Of a stretch of DNA of 64,000 nucleotides, positions 47,863 through 56,639 are shown piece by piece (within the stretch, counting starts at the first letter, position 1; each line of letters starts with the position of its first letter). The translations under genes were made by a program, and so were the position numbers. The stretch is from Candidatus Kerfeldbacteria bacterium. Its GTDB lineage: Bacteria; Patescibacteriota; Patescibacteriia; SBBC01; CAIJZX01. The stretch is taken from the NCBI GenBank assembly GCA_963731735.1, contig CAVSWO010000002.1:564257-628256 (forward strand). Direction: 5' to 3'. Below the pieces are notes generated by a model. The model ran no database searches. It was given only the letters and a program-made list of their open reading frames with translations, and was not told the DNA's origin.

Positions 47863-49938
47863 ATGAAATTCCCTGTTTTGTCCCGATCCGCTTGGCTAGC
47901 TCTCGCGGTGGTTTTGGTTATTCCATTGGTTCTGCTCTGGCCGATGCTGCGGGGCGAGGTGCCGGTCCCGGCTAATACGCTGGACGGGATTTTTCATGGG
48001 TCAACGACTCAGCTAGCTCATCCCGATGCTTTTCGTGATGCAATATCCCAGGCCTATCCCTATCATCAATTCGGAGCCGCGGCCGTGCAATCTGGCCGAT
48101 TGCCGATTTGGAATAATTTGATTTTTGCGGGGACGCCGTTTTTTGCCAATGGCCAAGCTGGCCTGCTCTCGCCGCTGCAGGCGGCTTGGTGGTGGTTGCC
48201 GGGCTGGTTGAGTTTTAACTTGAGTCTGTTGATCCAGTTTGTGGTGGCCGGGGTTGGCATGCTCTGCCTCGGGCGACAACTTGGTTGGCGCTGGCCGACG
48301 GCCGCCGCCGCCGCCAGTATTTTTATGCTGAGCGCGCCGTTTGTGTTGCGCGCCAATTTGGTGACGTACGCTGCGACGGCCGCCTGGTTACCCTGGATGG
48401 GCTGGGCGGCAGCTCGATTACATGAACGCTTGAAAGTGGGTCGCGCGGCTACGTACGCGCTGACGATCGCCGCCACGTTCCTGAGCGGCCACATGCAAAT
48501 TGCGACCTTGGTGTTTGGAATCCATGTGGTTTGGGTAGCCGCGCTTTGGCGCCAAGCAGCCAGCCGGCGCCGGTTTGCGTTTTTTGCGGCCGCGATTAGC
48601 TTGGGGCTCGGTATCGCGTCGATACAAATTCTGCCAACCATGGAGACCACCCAGTATGCGTATCGTACGGCGGTTCGCCCGACGGCGGAAGCTTTTCACT
48701 TGACCAACCTCTTCCATCCAGCGACCGCCAATCTTCGCGCGGCAGCCACGCTGATAGATCCCAACTTGCTGGGGAATGTTAGGCAGTATCGTGGTCCAGA
48801 AAACTATATTGAATCAAATCTCTATCTTGGGCTGTTCGCCTTGGGACTCGTGCTACTCGCCCTGGCCGCTAGCCGGAACCGTATTTGGTGGTTTGGTTTT
48901 GGTTCATTGGCGGCGATCGGAATGGTCTGGATATTTCCTGGCCTTTGGAATTTACCGAGTTTTTTGGTACCGGCCCTGGCCCTGACTCCGATTTGGCGAT
49001 TAATCATTCCTTTCGCGTTTGTGGCCGCCTTGATGGCGGGAGTCGGGATGCATCACTGGTTTGATCGACGGCCGATCTGTCTATCCTGGACCGGGTTGGG
49101 TGTGTTAACCATAGTAATGCTCTGGCAGTGGCACGGGATTCTGCCGTTTACGCCGCATCAACAATTGTTCGAACCGAATCCGGTGATTAGTCAACTCCGG
49201 CAGACGCTGCAGCCCGGGGAACGCGTTTGGGTGGTTGATGGGGCACTTGACCAATTTATGGTGGCCGGAATCCCGGTCGTGACTGGTTATGATTCGCTCT
49301 ATCCAAAATCATACCTTGCCCTCTGGCAAGCCAACAGTGACGTTCAAAAACGCAACCAGCTGCATGTGCATCAACCCGATCAAGCCCTACTGGCCGCCAC
49401 CGGGGCGAATGTACTGCTGACCCGGCAACCGGTACCGGCCGGTTGGACGCCGGTATTTTCCGATGCGCCCTGGACAATCGCGCGTCGCGATAATGCGGCC
49501 GCGCCGTTTCATGTGGTGAATCAGCTGGTGGTCAGTCAAGACCCGGCCAAGCTCAAGCAGCTGGATATCAACCGCCAGGCTTTGATTGATCAAGCGGTTT
49601 CGATCGAGCCCACCGCGGTTATGGCGCAAGTCCAGCTTCAAGCAATCACAGCCGAACAAACCCAAGTCGTCGTCACGACAGATCATGACACCGTCTTAGT
49701 CACCAATCTGCAACAGTACCCCGGCTGGACGGTTAGTCTGGATGGGAAACCAGCAGCCACGCGAATCGTGAATGCAACCTTCTTAGGCGCCACCGTTCCG
49801 ACCGGCACCCATCTGGTCCAGTTCGTATATCATCCGCGGAGTTTCCAAATCGGCGGTTGGATCAGTCTGGTCGCCATCCTGATACTTGGGAGTTGGTGGG
49901 GGACGAGTTTACCAAAAAACAAACCCACCCGGGCTTGA
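47863..49938 (+). CDS. YfhO-family polytopic membrane protein (putative glycosyltransferase of cell-envelope polymers/proteins)
   Basis: 691 aa, ~12+ TM helices, N-terminal pattern ...YPYHQFGAAAVQSGRLPIWNNLIFAGTPFFANGQAG. The track start inside the tRNA was trimmed to the MKFPVLS Met. Confidence 0.55.
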   Translation: MKFPVLSRSAWLALAVVLVIPLVLLWPMLRGEVPVPANTLDGIFHGSTTQLAHPDAFRDAISQAYPYHQFGAAAVQSGRLPIWNNLIFAGTPFFANGQAGLLSPLQAAWWWLPGWLSFNLSLLIQFVVAGVGMLCLGRQLGWRWPTAAAAASIFMLSAPFVLRANLVTYAATAAWLPWMGWAAARLHERLKVGRAATYALTIAATFLSGHMQIATLVFGIHVVWVAALWRQAASRRRFAFFAAAISLGLGIASIQILPTMETTQYAYRTAVRPTAEAFHLTNLFHPATANLRAAATLIDPNLLGNVRQYRGPENYIESNLYLGLFALGLVLLALAASRNRIWWFGFGSLAAIGMVWIFPGLWNLPSFLVPALALTPIWRLIIPFAFVAALMAGVGMHHWFDRRPICLSWTGLGVLTIVMLWQWHGILPFTPHQQLFEPNPVISQLRQTLQPGERVWVVDGALDQFMVAGIPVVTGYDSLYPKSYLALWQANSDVQKRNQLHVHQPDQALLAATGANVLLTRQPVPAGWTPVFSDAPWTIARRDNAAAPFHVVNQLVVSQDPAKLKQLDINRQALIDQAVSIEPTAVMAQVQLQAITAEQTQVVVTTDHDTVLVTNLQQYPGWTVSLDGKPAATRIVNATFLGATVPTGTHLVQFVYHPRSFQIGGWISLVAILILGSWWGTSLPKNKPTRA

Positions 49939-49954
49939 CTAAGGCGTCGCGGGA

Positions 49955-50296
49955 TTAACCGAGTTTTGCCAGGATAGCTTCGAAGATTTTCGGCTGTTCG
50001 CCGGCAATTTGCGCCAGCACCTTTCGATCAATTTCGATGTTGGCTTTGCGCAACTTGTTGATCAATGTACTGTAGCTCAATTCATGCTGCTTGGCGGCCG
50101 CTCCAATTTGGATTTGCCACATGGCGCGGTACTGACGCTTTTTTAAGCGTCGGTGCTTGTAGGAATGCTGTCCGGCCCGAATCGTCGCCTGGGTAGCCAA
50201 TCGAATCGAAGACTTTCGGCGCCAGCGGTAGCCCTTGGTTTTACTCAGAAGATTTTTGCGTCGCTTGACGTGCGCGACACCGCGTTTAACTCGCAT
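49955..50296 (-). CDS. rplT: 50S ribosomal protein L20
   Basis: MRVKRGVAHVKRRKNLLSKTKGYRWRRK... is a canonical L20 N-terminus. Confidence 0.9.
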   Translation of the reverse strand: MRVKRGVAHVKRRKNLLSKTKGYRWRRKSSIRLATQATIRAGQHSYKHRRLKKRQYRAMWQIQIGAAAKQHELSYSTLINKLRKANIEIDRKVLAQIAGEQPKIFEAILAKLG

Positions 50297-50305
50297 ACGA
50301 AGAAA

Positions 50306-50503
50306 TTATCGGTAGGGGGTGAGTTTCTTGATGGCCGGAATATCAACCGCACTGACGCGGATATCGCGGCGCTTGCCCATGGTGGTTTTGCCCGATTCGC
50401 GCGAGTTGAAATGGTCTTGACCAGCTTTACGCTTCATCAAGCCTTTCTTGCCCGTGGTTCGGAACCGCTTGGCGGTGGCTTTGTGAGTCTTCAATTTCGG
50501 CAT
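50306..50503 (-). CDS. rpmI: 50S ribosomal protein L35
   Basis: MPKLKTHKATAKRFRTTGKKG..., 65 aa. Start trimmed to the conserved MPK. Confidence 0.85.
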   Translation of the reverse strand: MPKLKTHKATAKRFRTTGKKGLMKRKAGQDHFNSRESGKTTMGKRRDIRVSAVDIPAIKKLTPYR

Positions 50504-50569
50504 AGATAACTCGGCGAGTGTACCCGAAAGCCCAGCCAGTGTCAAGCACCGCCGTTTCGGCCGCTTGGT

Positions 50570-51088
50570 CTACTTCTTCTTGCCGATAATGGCGGTCACT
50601 CGATTGCCCATCACGCCCAAGGGCTGTTCAACCACGATCATATCACCCATTTCTTCCAGGAACTGGGTGACCTGTTTGCGGGCGAAGTCCTTATGGGCGT
50701 TTTCACGGCCGCGGAGACGCATTTCAAGCTGAACCTTGTGTCCTTCATCCAGGAAGCGAGTGGCCAAGGCCTGTTGCCGTTCTTTGTCGGCCTTACCCAT
50801 GCCAAAACCCAGTCGGACGCCTTTGAGTTCAACTTTTTTCTGCTGTGATTTGGCTTTGCGCTGTTGGCGCTCCTGCTGGTAGACGAAGGCGCCGAAATCC
50901 AGAATTTTACAAACCGGCGGGCGCGCCATCGGCGCCACTTCAACCAAATCCAAACCGCGCTCTTGCGCCAATGCCTGGGCCCGAGCGGTTTCCATCTCGC
51001 CGAGATGTTCCCCCTGGTCGTCAATCACGACGACACGTGGGACCCGGATATACTGGTTCGTCCGGTACCGGCGCTGCGGCGTACTAAT
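50570..51088 (-). CDS. infC: Translation initiation factor IF-3 with non-canonical AUU start
   Basis: The conserved N-terminus ...RVPRVVVIDDQGEHLG lies upstream of the first AUG with no in-frame ATG. In-frame ATT at 51088-51086 follows two TGA stops, matching the AUU-start autoregulation conserved in infC. Confidence 0.75.
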   Translation of the reverse strand: MSTPQRRYRTNQYIRVPRVVVIDDQGEHLGEMETARAQALAQERGLDLVEVAPMARPPVCKILDFGAFVYQQERQQRKAKSQQKKVELKGVRLGFGMGKADKERQQALATRFLDEGHKVQLEMRLRGRENAHKDFARKQVTQFLEEMGDMIVVEQPLGVMGNRVTAIIGKKK

Positions 51089-51147
51089 TGTCGTAGAGGT
51101 TACTCATCAATACTGGCGGGAAGTATAGAGGATTATTCCGTGATTGT

Positions 51148-52221
51148 CTAGAGTACCTTGAAGGTTCTCGCCATCCGTTCAAAGTCAGCAATATTCAGAT
51201 CGAGAGACGCATCATCGTGCGCAGATTGTGTCCAAGTTTGGTACCAGAGGTAGTAAACCTTCTGGTAGTCTTTGGTAACCAAGATCACTTTGTTGCGAAT
51301 GTAGAAATTTTGATAGGCACTGGTCTGGACCGTCATGATTGAAGCAGTATGGCCCTGAATGGTAAACCGTTTAACATCGGAGACCTTGAAAGGGAATTTC
51401 GGGTCGCCGTGATTAAAGATTTCGACTCCATCAGAGTTTTTCTGATGAAACCAGTCATCCAAATAACTATTTACGAATCCATCCCAGTCATGCGCTGCCA
51501 GTTTTTCGGTCGTGCGGGTGCTAAACCATGGACCCGGACTATACCGCCAACTCGGTTCCGGACCAGCCATCTCTCCAATGTAAATTACGTTACCACCACC
51601 GTAGGGGAGACTTCGTGAAAATAGTGAATATTCAAACGGCTGAGATTGCGAACCCCAAGGAGTGAAGCTCCAGCTGCCAGTATCACCGTTCCCAATTAGC
51701 CCATAGAAGACAAACGCGTACCCGCCCTCGCTGACATGAAATTGATTTGGGCGGAAAAGTCGGTCGGGTTCAACTTGATTGATACTTTCGTTGTCCGCGC
51801 CCAGTCCGAGATTGCGCATCAGGCTAAAGGCGTCAGCCGGTCGTCCCATATAATAGCGTTTCAAATCCCCAGGATAGACATACCAGGCCTCTCCGTTTTT
51901 TTCGACTTGCAAAACAATCCGACCCGATAACCGCTGACGCAAGGCCAGGTCACCTTGGTCATTGGAACCAGAAGTTGGAATCTTTGCTAAATCAGCATTG
52001 GTGATCCCGAGCCCAAGTTCCCGCATAATTGAAAAAGCATCAGATGGGTTTCCCAGGTAATAACGAAGTTTGTTGGTGGGAAAAATATACCAGGCCTCTC
52101 CATTCCGTTCGACCTGTAAGAGAATTTTTCCTGAATTGGAATCGGCCACCGAACTGGCTGAGGCGAATGATGGCACGAAGAAAAATAAAACGCCCGCAAT
52201 GAGGGCTAGGGTAAATCGCAT
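51148..52221 (-). CDS. Secreted protein with tandem ~50-aa repeats (hypothetical)
   Basis: Signal peptide MRFTLALIAGVLFFFVPSFASA. Repeats GKILLQVERNGEAWYIFPTNKLRYYLGNPSDAFSIMRELGLG and GRIVLQVEKNGEAWYVYPGDLKRYYMGRPADAFSLMRNLGLG. Confidence 0.65.
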   Translation of the reverse strand: MRFTLALIAGVLFFFVPSFASASSVADSNSGKILLQVERNGEAWYIFPTNKLRYYLGNPSDAFSIMRELGLGITNADLAKIPTSGSNDQGDLALRQRLSGRIVLQVEKNGEAWYVYPGDLKRYYMGRPADAFSLMRNLGLGADNESINQVEPDRLFRPNQFHVSEGGYAFVFYGLIGNGDTGSWSFTPWGSQSQPFEYSLFSRSLPYGGGNVIYIGEMAGPEPSWRYSPGPWFSTRTTEKLAAHDWDGFVNSYLDDWFHQKNSDGVEIFNHGDPKFPFKVSDVKRFTIQGHTASIMTVQTSAYQNFYIRNKVILVTKDYQKVYYLWYQTWTQSAHDDASLDLNIADFERMARTFKVL

Positions 52222-52325
52222 GGGCGTATGGCTTAATTGATTGAATTCAATCTCCAAGCCCAGTCTAAAGGATGTCCGGAATTCTGTCCAGTTACAACAA
52301 CAGCCGTCGTAGTGACAGCTGTTCT

Positions 52326-52714
52326 TGGTGGAGATGGCGGGTCTCACACCCGCGTGACGATGGACTACTCTTCAACCCGATCCGTGCGCATTCCGCTCAA
52401 GCATGTCTCCATCAGGGACAGAGCGGACGAGTACCCTGCTGGAGGTGTTCAGAGAATTCGCAGTGATGCATCTGAACGTTTCACCACTGGTCCGACGAAG
52501 GTGACACCCGTGATCGGCCTAGTCGGAGTCGACCGGACGGATGGCATTACGCGATTAGGCGAATGCAGGCGCTAAGGACGGGACGCTGAAAGCATTCCGA
52601 AGCTTAGCGAGAAGGTTTTTGGCACTTCTCAATTTCTCCACATTAACGACGGTGGAAACGTGTCGGCACGAGGCGGAAAAGCTGTCAACGATCGTTCGAC
52701 GTTTGAACATCCCC
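52326..52714 (-). ncRNA. ssrA: tmRNA (SsrA), one-piece, adjacent to smpB
   Basis: Minus strand: 5' GGGGAUGUUCAAACGUCGAACG... (compare GGGGCUGAUUCUGGAUUCGAC). The 3' end is ...GCGGG-UGUGAGA-CCCGC-CAUCUCC-A-CCA. The acceptor pairs GGGGAUG/CAUCUCC with a G3:U70 wobble. The tag ORF resumes at GCC (nt 92): AKNLLAKLRNAFSVPSLAPAFA then stop. The T-loop sequence is atypical. Confidence 0.55.
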
Positions 52715-52850
52715 CGCCCACCATGATTTCGGAAAATCCGCGCCATGATGAGCGGCGGGGTTCAAACGATTGTGCCTGCAGTATAGGTGAAAAACGCGGT
52801 TTTGTCAAGACAGCGGGAAAACTCGTTGTCGAACTGAGAGGTGCCTTTGG

Positions 52851-53297
52851 CTAAACTTTCTGTCGCATCGCTCGGCCAATTTTCCGTTCGGTTTCGCGTT
52901 GCTTGATGGTCGCCCGTTTGTCTTTCTTGCCTTTGCCTCGGCCAAGGCCGAGTTCAACTTTGATTAGGCCGCGTTTGGTATACAGGGTGAGGGGGACCAG
53001 TGTCAGCCCGGCGCTTTTGAGGGTCCCAATCATGCGGTCGATATCGCTCCGTTTAACCAACAACTTTCGTGAACGATCTGGATCGGATTGATTATTGCCG
53101 GCCGGTTTGTAGTGGCCGATGTGGGCATTGATGAGCCACAGCTCCGAACCCTTGATGGTGGCGTAGCTGCCTTTCAACGAAACGTTACCGGCTTTAACGG
53201 ATTTAACCTCCGGTCCGGTTAAACGAATACCCGACTCGAGAGTTTCCAGGATCGAGAATTTGTGGTGGGCATCGCGATTGGTGGCCAAGGTCGGCAT
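52851..53297 (-). CDS. smpB: SsrA-binding protein SmpB
   Basis: FSILETLESGIRLTGPEVKSVK...SLKGSYA, 148 aa from the MPTLATN Met. Confidence 0.85.
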   Translation of the reverse strand: MPTLATNRDAHHKFSILETLESGIRLTGPEVKSVKAGNVSLKGSYATIKGSELWLINAHIGHYKPAGNNQSDPDRSRKLLVKRSDIDRMIGTLKSAGLTLVPLTLYTKRGLIKVELGLGRGKGKKDKRATIKQRETERKIGRAMRQKV

Positions 53298-53325
53298 ATG
53301 AAAAGTGTACCATGCCGGCAAAGCT

Positions 53326-53335
53326 GATGTATAAT
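53326..53335 (+). promoter_or_regulatory. Extended -10 (TGTATAAT) 8 nt upstream of the argS ATG (leaderless-type promoter)
   Basis: TG at 53328-29 and TATAAT at 53330-53335; argS ATG at 53344. Confidence 0.35.
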
Positions 53336-53343
53336 GAAACGGT

Positions 53344-54966
53344 ATGATTCTGCCGATTGCGCAACTCCGGAAACTCCTGGAAAAAGCGATTGCCAAGGCT
53401 TACCCGGATGTAACCGAGCTGGAGATTCCGATTGACCGACCGCATGCCGCCGGGCATGGCGATTATGCCTCTTCGGTCGCCATGAAATTGGCTACCCAGG
53501 TTGGACAACCGCCGCGAGAAGTGGCGCAACATCTGGTGGCGCAAATCGGCCGGTCGCCAATGTTAACCAAGGCCGAAGTGGCTGGCGCTGGATTCATTAA
53601 TTTTTTCGTGGCCGAGAAGTGGTTGCTGGGCTACCTGGCAAAAATATTGGCGGATAAAAACTTCGGCGCCAATGCCAGCGGGCAAGCCAAACGGATGGTG
53701 GTCGAATTTATCTCCGCCAATCCGACCGGGCCGATGACGCTCGGGAATGGGCGCGGGGCGTTTGCCGGCGACACCATGGCCAATGTCTTGGCCCTGGCCG
53801 GCTGGCGCGTGACTCGCGAGTACTATCTGAATGACGTCGGCAACCAGGTCAACATCTTAGCCGAGTCAGTCATCCGACGGTATTTTCAACTCCAGGGAAT
53901 TCCAACCGATTACCCGGAGCATTTATATCAGGGCGAATATATTACCGACTTAGCTAAGACCCTCAAGCTCGACAAGATGAAATTGCAGGACATGCAGACA
54001 TTGCAGGCCCGCATCAAAGTTCGGTTGCTCAACCTGATGATTCGCGACATTCAACGGGTGGTTGAGAAAAAGTTGAAAGTCAAATTCAACACCTGGGTGC
54101 GGGAGAGCGGTTTGTACGATCGCAATTTAGATCAAAAAGTACTCGAGCACCTGCGACGTCACGGTCTGCTGTCGGAAAAAGATGGCGCCACCTGGTTCCG
54201 AACCAGCGCCTTCGGTGACGACAAGGATCGGGTGTTGATCAAACGCGATGGCGAAAAAACCTATTTACTCTCTGATGTGGCCTTACGGTTCAACCGGTTT
54301 GCTCAACGCGGCCTCGATCGGGAATTAATTTTTCTGGGCGCGGATCACCATGGCTATGTCAAACGCTTAGAAGCGATTATGGCCGCCCTCGGTTACGCCG
54401 GACAAATCGACGTCCAACTGGTGCAATTGGTCAGGTTATTGCGTGACGGGAAAGAAGTCAAAATGTCGAAACGAGCGGGAACCTACGTGACGTTGGAAGA
54501 AGTGGTGGATGAGGTTGGCCTGGATGCCGCTCGATTCTTTTTCCTGATGCATGCGCCAAATACCCACATGGATTTCGACATTACCCTGGCCAAAGAGCAA
54601 TCCGATAAAAATCCGGTTTACTATGTCCAGTATGCCAGCGCCCGAATGTTTAGTATCCTGGCTAAAACCAAGAAACTTCCCATCCGGCGCTTGCGAGAAC
54701 CGGCGCATGAGGCTGAATTGGCGCTGATCAAACGCTTTTTGCAATTGCCCGAACTGGTGACTGAACTGGCCGCCTCCCGGGAAGTCCAGCAATTAGCCTT
54801 TTATGCTCAGGATTTGGCTCGAGATTTTCACGATTTCTATACACAGTGCCGGGTGATTGAAGACAACCACGTGTGGGACCGTCGTTTGCAACTGGTCCAA
54901 GCCGCCCGCCTGGTTCTTGGGAAAACGCTGGGCCTGATGGGCATTACCGCCCCGGAACGAATGTAG
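53344..54966 (+). CDS. argS: Arginyl-tRNA synthetase (HIGH motif replaced by TLGN)
   Basis: SANPTGPMTLGNGRGAFAGD, NDVGNQ and MSKRAGT (KMSKS-like), 540 aa. Confidence 0.85.
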   Translation: MILPIAQLRKLLEKAIAKAYPDVTELEIPIDRPHAAGHGDYASSVAMKLATQVGQPPREVAQHLVAQIGRSPMLTKAEVAGAGFINFFVAEKWLLGYLAKILADKNFGANASGQAKRMVVEFISANPTGPMTLGNGRGAFAGDTMANVLALAGWRVTREYYLNDVGNQVNILAESVIRRYFQLQGIPTDYPEHLYQGEYITDLAKTLKLDKMKLQDMQTLQARIKVRLLNLMIRDIQRVVEKKLKVKFNTWVRESGLYDRNLDQKVLEHLRRHGLLSEKDGATWFRTSAFGDDKDRVLIKRDGEKTYLLSDVALRFNRFAQRGLDRELIFLGADHHGYVKRLEAIMAALGYAGQIDVQLVQLVRLLRDGKEVKMSKRAGTYVTLEEVVDEVGLDAARFFFLMHAPNTHMDFDITLAKEQSDKNPVYYVQYASARMFSILAKTKKLPIRRLREPAHEAELALIKRFLQLPELVTELAASREVQQLAFYAQDLARDFHDFYTQCRVIEDNHVWDRRLQLVQAARLVLGKTLGLMGITAPERM

Positions 54967-54985
54967 TTGTTCGGAACCGACGACG

Positions 54986-54994
54986 TGCTATAGT
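54986..54994 (+). promoter_or_regulatory. Extended -10 (TGCTATAGT) 6 nt upstream of the GT4 ATG (leaderless-type)
   Basis: TATAGT at 54989-54994; ATG at 55001. Confidence 0.35.
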
Positions 54995-55000
54995 ACCAAT

Positions 55001-56140
55001 ATGCGAATTGGTATCGATTGTCGCACGATCCTGAACCCCGAATCCGGGGAACGGGCGGGTGTGGGTCACTACACCTATCATTTGGTCAAGGCGCTGTTGG
55101 CAATCGATCCGGACAATCAATACGTCTTGTTTTTTGACGCGCGCATGAAAGCCGAGGGGACCCAGGAATTCGAGCAGTCAAACGTGACGATTCGTTTTTT
55201 CCCGTTTTCCCGATACCGAAAATTTTTACCGTTTGCATATTCGCATATGCTAACCGCGGCCGCTTTGGCTCGCGAGCGATTGGATGTATTTCATGCGCCG
55301 GCCAATGTTATTCCCCTCAGTTATCGCGGCACCAGTGTACTGACCATTCACGACTTAGCGATTTACCGCCATCCGGAATGGTTCCAGACACAGGTCATGT
55401 CGACACACTTGTTAGTTCCGCGTTCGATCCGCAAGGCCAAACAGGTAATTGCCGTCTCGCAAGCCACCAAGCGAGACCTGCGCGAACTCTTTCATCTGGC
55501 CGAGCAAAAGGTTAGCGTGGTTCCCGAAGCGGTGGATGTGCAGCTGTTGCCGCTGGAAGACAGTCAAGACGACGTTAGAACGCTGTACAGATTGCCGGAG
55601 CGCTTCTTGCTCTTTATCGGGACTATTGAACCGCGAAAAAACATTTCACGCTTAATTGAAGCTTGGCAACATTTGCGGTTGCTTGATCCGGAGACGACCA
55701 ATGGCACGAAACTTGTCTTAGCCGGAGGCCTCGGCTACCACGGCCGCGATATTTTAACTCCGGTCCGGGCGATGGATCTCGACATCCAATATTTGGATTA
55801 CGTTAGTCATAATCACAAAATACAATTGCTGCAAGAAGCGACCGCCTTCGTTTTTCCGTCACTCTACGAGGGTTTTGGATTACCGGTTTTGGAAGCCATG
55901 GCCCTCGGTACCCCGGTGATCACCACTAAAACCAGCGCCATACCCGAAGTCACCGGTCAGGCGGCGATCTTAGTTGATCCGGATGATATGGATGGATTGG
56001 CGGCGGCCATGGGACACATTTTACGTGACCCTCGCCGGGCGGCGGAGATGGCCGCGCTGGGCCGCGACCAAGCCCGGAATTTCTCATGGGCACAAACCGC
56101 CGAACAAACGCTGGATGTCTACCGCCGGGCGGCGGCCTAG
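55001..56140 (+). CDS. GT4-family (GT-B fold) glycosyltransferase
   Basis: C-terminal EGFGLPVLEAMALGTPVITT EX7E motif, 379 aa. Confidence 0.8.
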   Translation: MRIGIDCRTILNPESGERAGVGHYTYHLVKALLAIDPDNQYVLFFDARMKAEGTQEFEQSNVTIRFFPFSRYRKFLPFAYSHMLTAAALARERLDVFHAPANVIPLSYRGTSVLTIHDLAIYRHPEWFQTQVMSTHLLVPRSIRKAKQVIAVSQATKRDLRELFHLAEQKVSVVPEAVDVQLLPLEDSQDDVRTLYRLPERFLLFIGTIEPRKNISRLIEAWQHLRLLDPETTNGTKLVLAGGLGYHGRDILTPVRAMDLDIQYLDYVSHNHKIQLLQEATAFVFPSLYEGFGLPVLEAMALGTPVITTKTSAIPEVTGQAAILVDPDDMDGLAAAMGHILRDPRRAAEMAALGRDQARNFSWAQTAEQTLDVYRRAAA

Positions 56141-56150
56141 TTGACCCCGA

Positions 56151-56534
56151 TTGCATATTCAGGTAGGCTCGGTGCAATCGCTTTGTCGTGCTCTCGCCGA
56201 GGAGGAAATCGTGCAGTCGTTCATTCGTTGCATCCGCGTCTACGCGCGTCGTCGAACCAGACAAGCTCGGCCATTCTTACTGGTCTTGCGGTTATTGGGC
56301 ATTCCGATGGCCGCGCTGGCCCTGCAATTCCTGGTGGGTGAAAAAACGCTGACGTTCGTGGTCGATTACCTGTTCGATGTTCTGACTTGGGCTCTGATGA
56401 TTTCGGCCCTGCCGATCATGGTTATCGCCTGGGTCGCCGGCAGCAGTCCCGGTCAAGCCTGGATCAGCCAGCAACAAAAACTCTCGCGGCTAACCGAAGG
56501 CCAAGAAACCGAAGCGTCGAAAATGCCGTCCTAA
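56151..56534 (+). CDS. Small membrane protein (hypothetical)
   Basis: 127-aa ORF with 2 TM helices, followed by a terminator. Confidence 0.45.
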   Translation: MHIQVGSVQSLCRALAEEEIVQSFIRCIRVYARRRTRQARPFLLVLRLLGIPMAALALQFLVGEKTLTFVVDYLFDVLTWALMISALPIMVIAWVAGSSPGQAWISQQQKLSRLTEGQETEASKMPS

Positions 56535-56567
56535 CCCCCAAGCGCCATGCGTGAGGGGGTCTTTTTT
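56535..56567 (+). terminator. Rho-independent terminator (CCCCC...GGGGG + TCTTTTTT)
   Basis: GC stem flanking a 15-nt loop, followed by a T-run. TTGACG-17-CATAGT promoter-like hexamers follow. Confidence 0.5.
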
Positions 56568-56639
56568 GACGGAATTGTATTACAAGCGCATAGTTACCGT
56601 GAAGGGGAGTTAATACCCTAATCATAAATGTAAAAAATC

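Noticed and set aside
47661-47975. 104-aa ORF and the 5' extension of the 723-aa ORF overlapping tRNA-Asp
   Set aside because: They overlap a confidently folded tRNA. The downstream gene was trimmed to the first Met after the tRNA.
52237-52575. 112-aa plus-strand ORF and the 63-aa minus-strand ORF in the smpB-proximal gap
   Set aside because: The region is better explained as tmRNA. The 63-aa minus ORF's C-terminal codons are the tmRNA tag reading frame.
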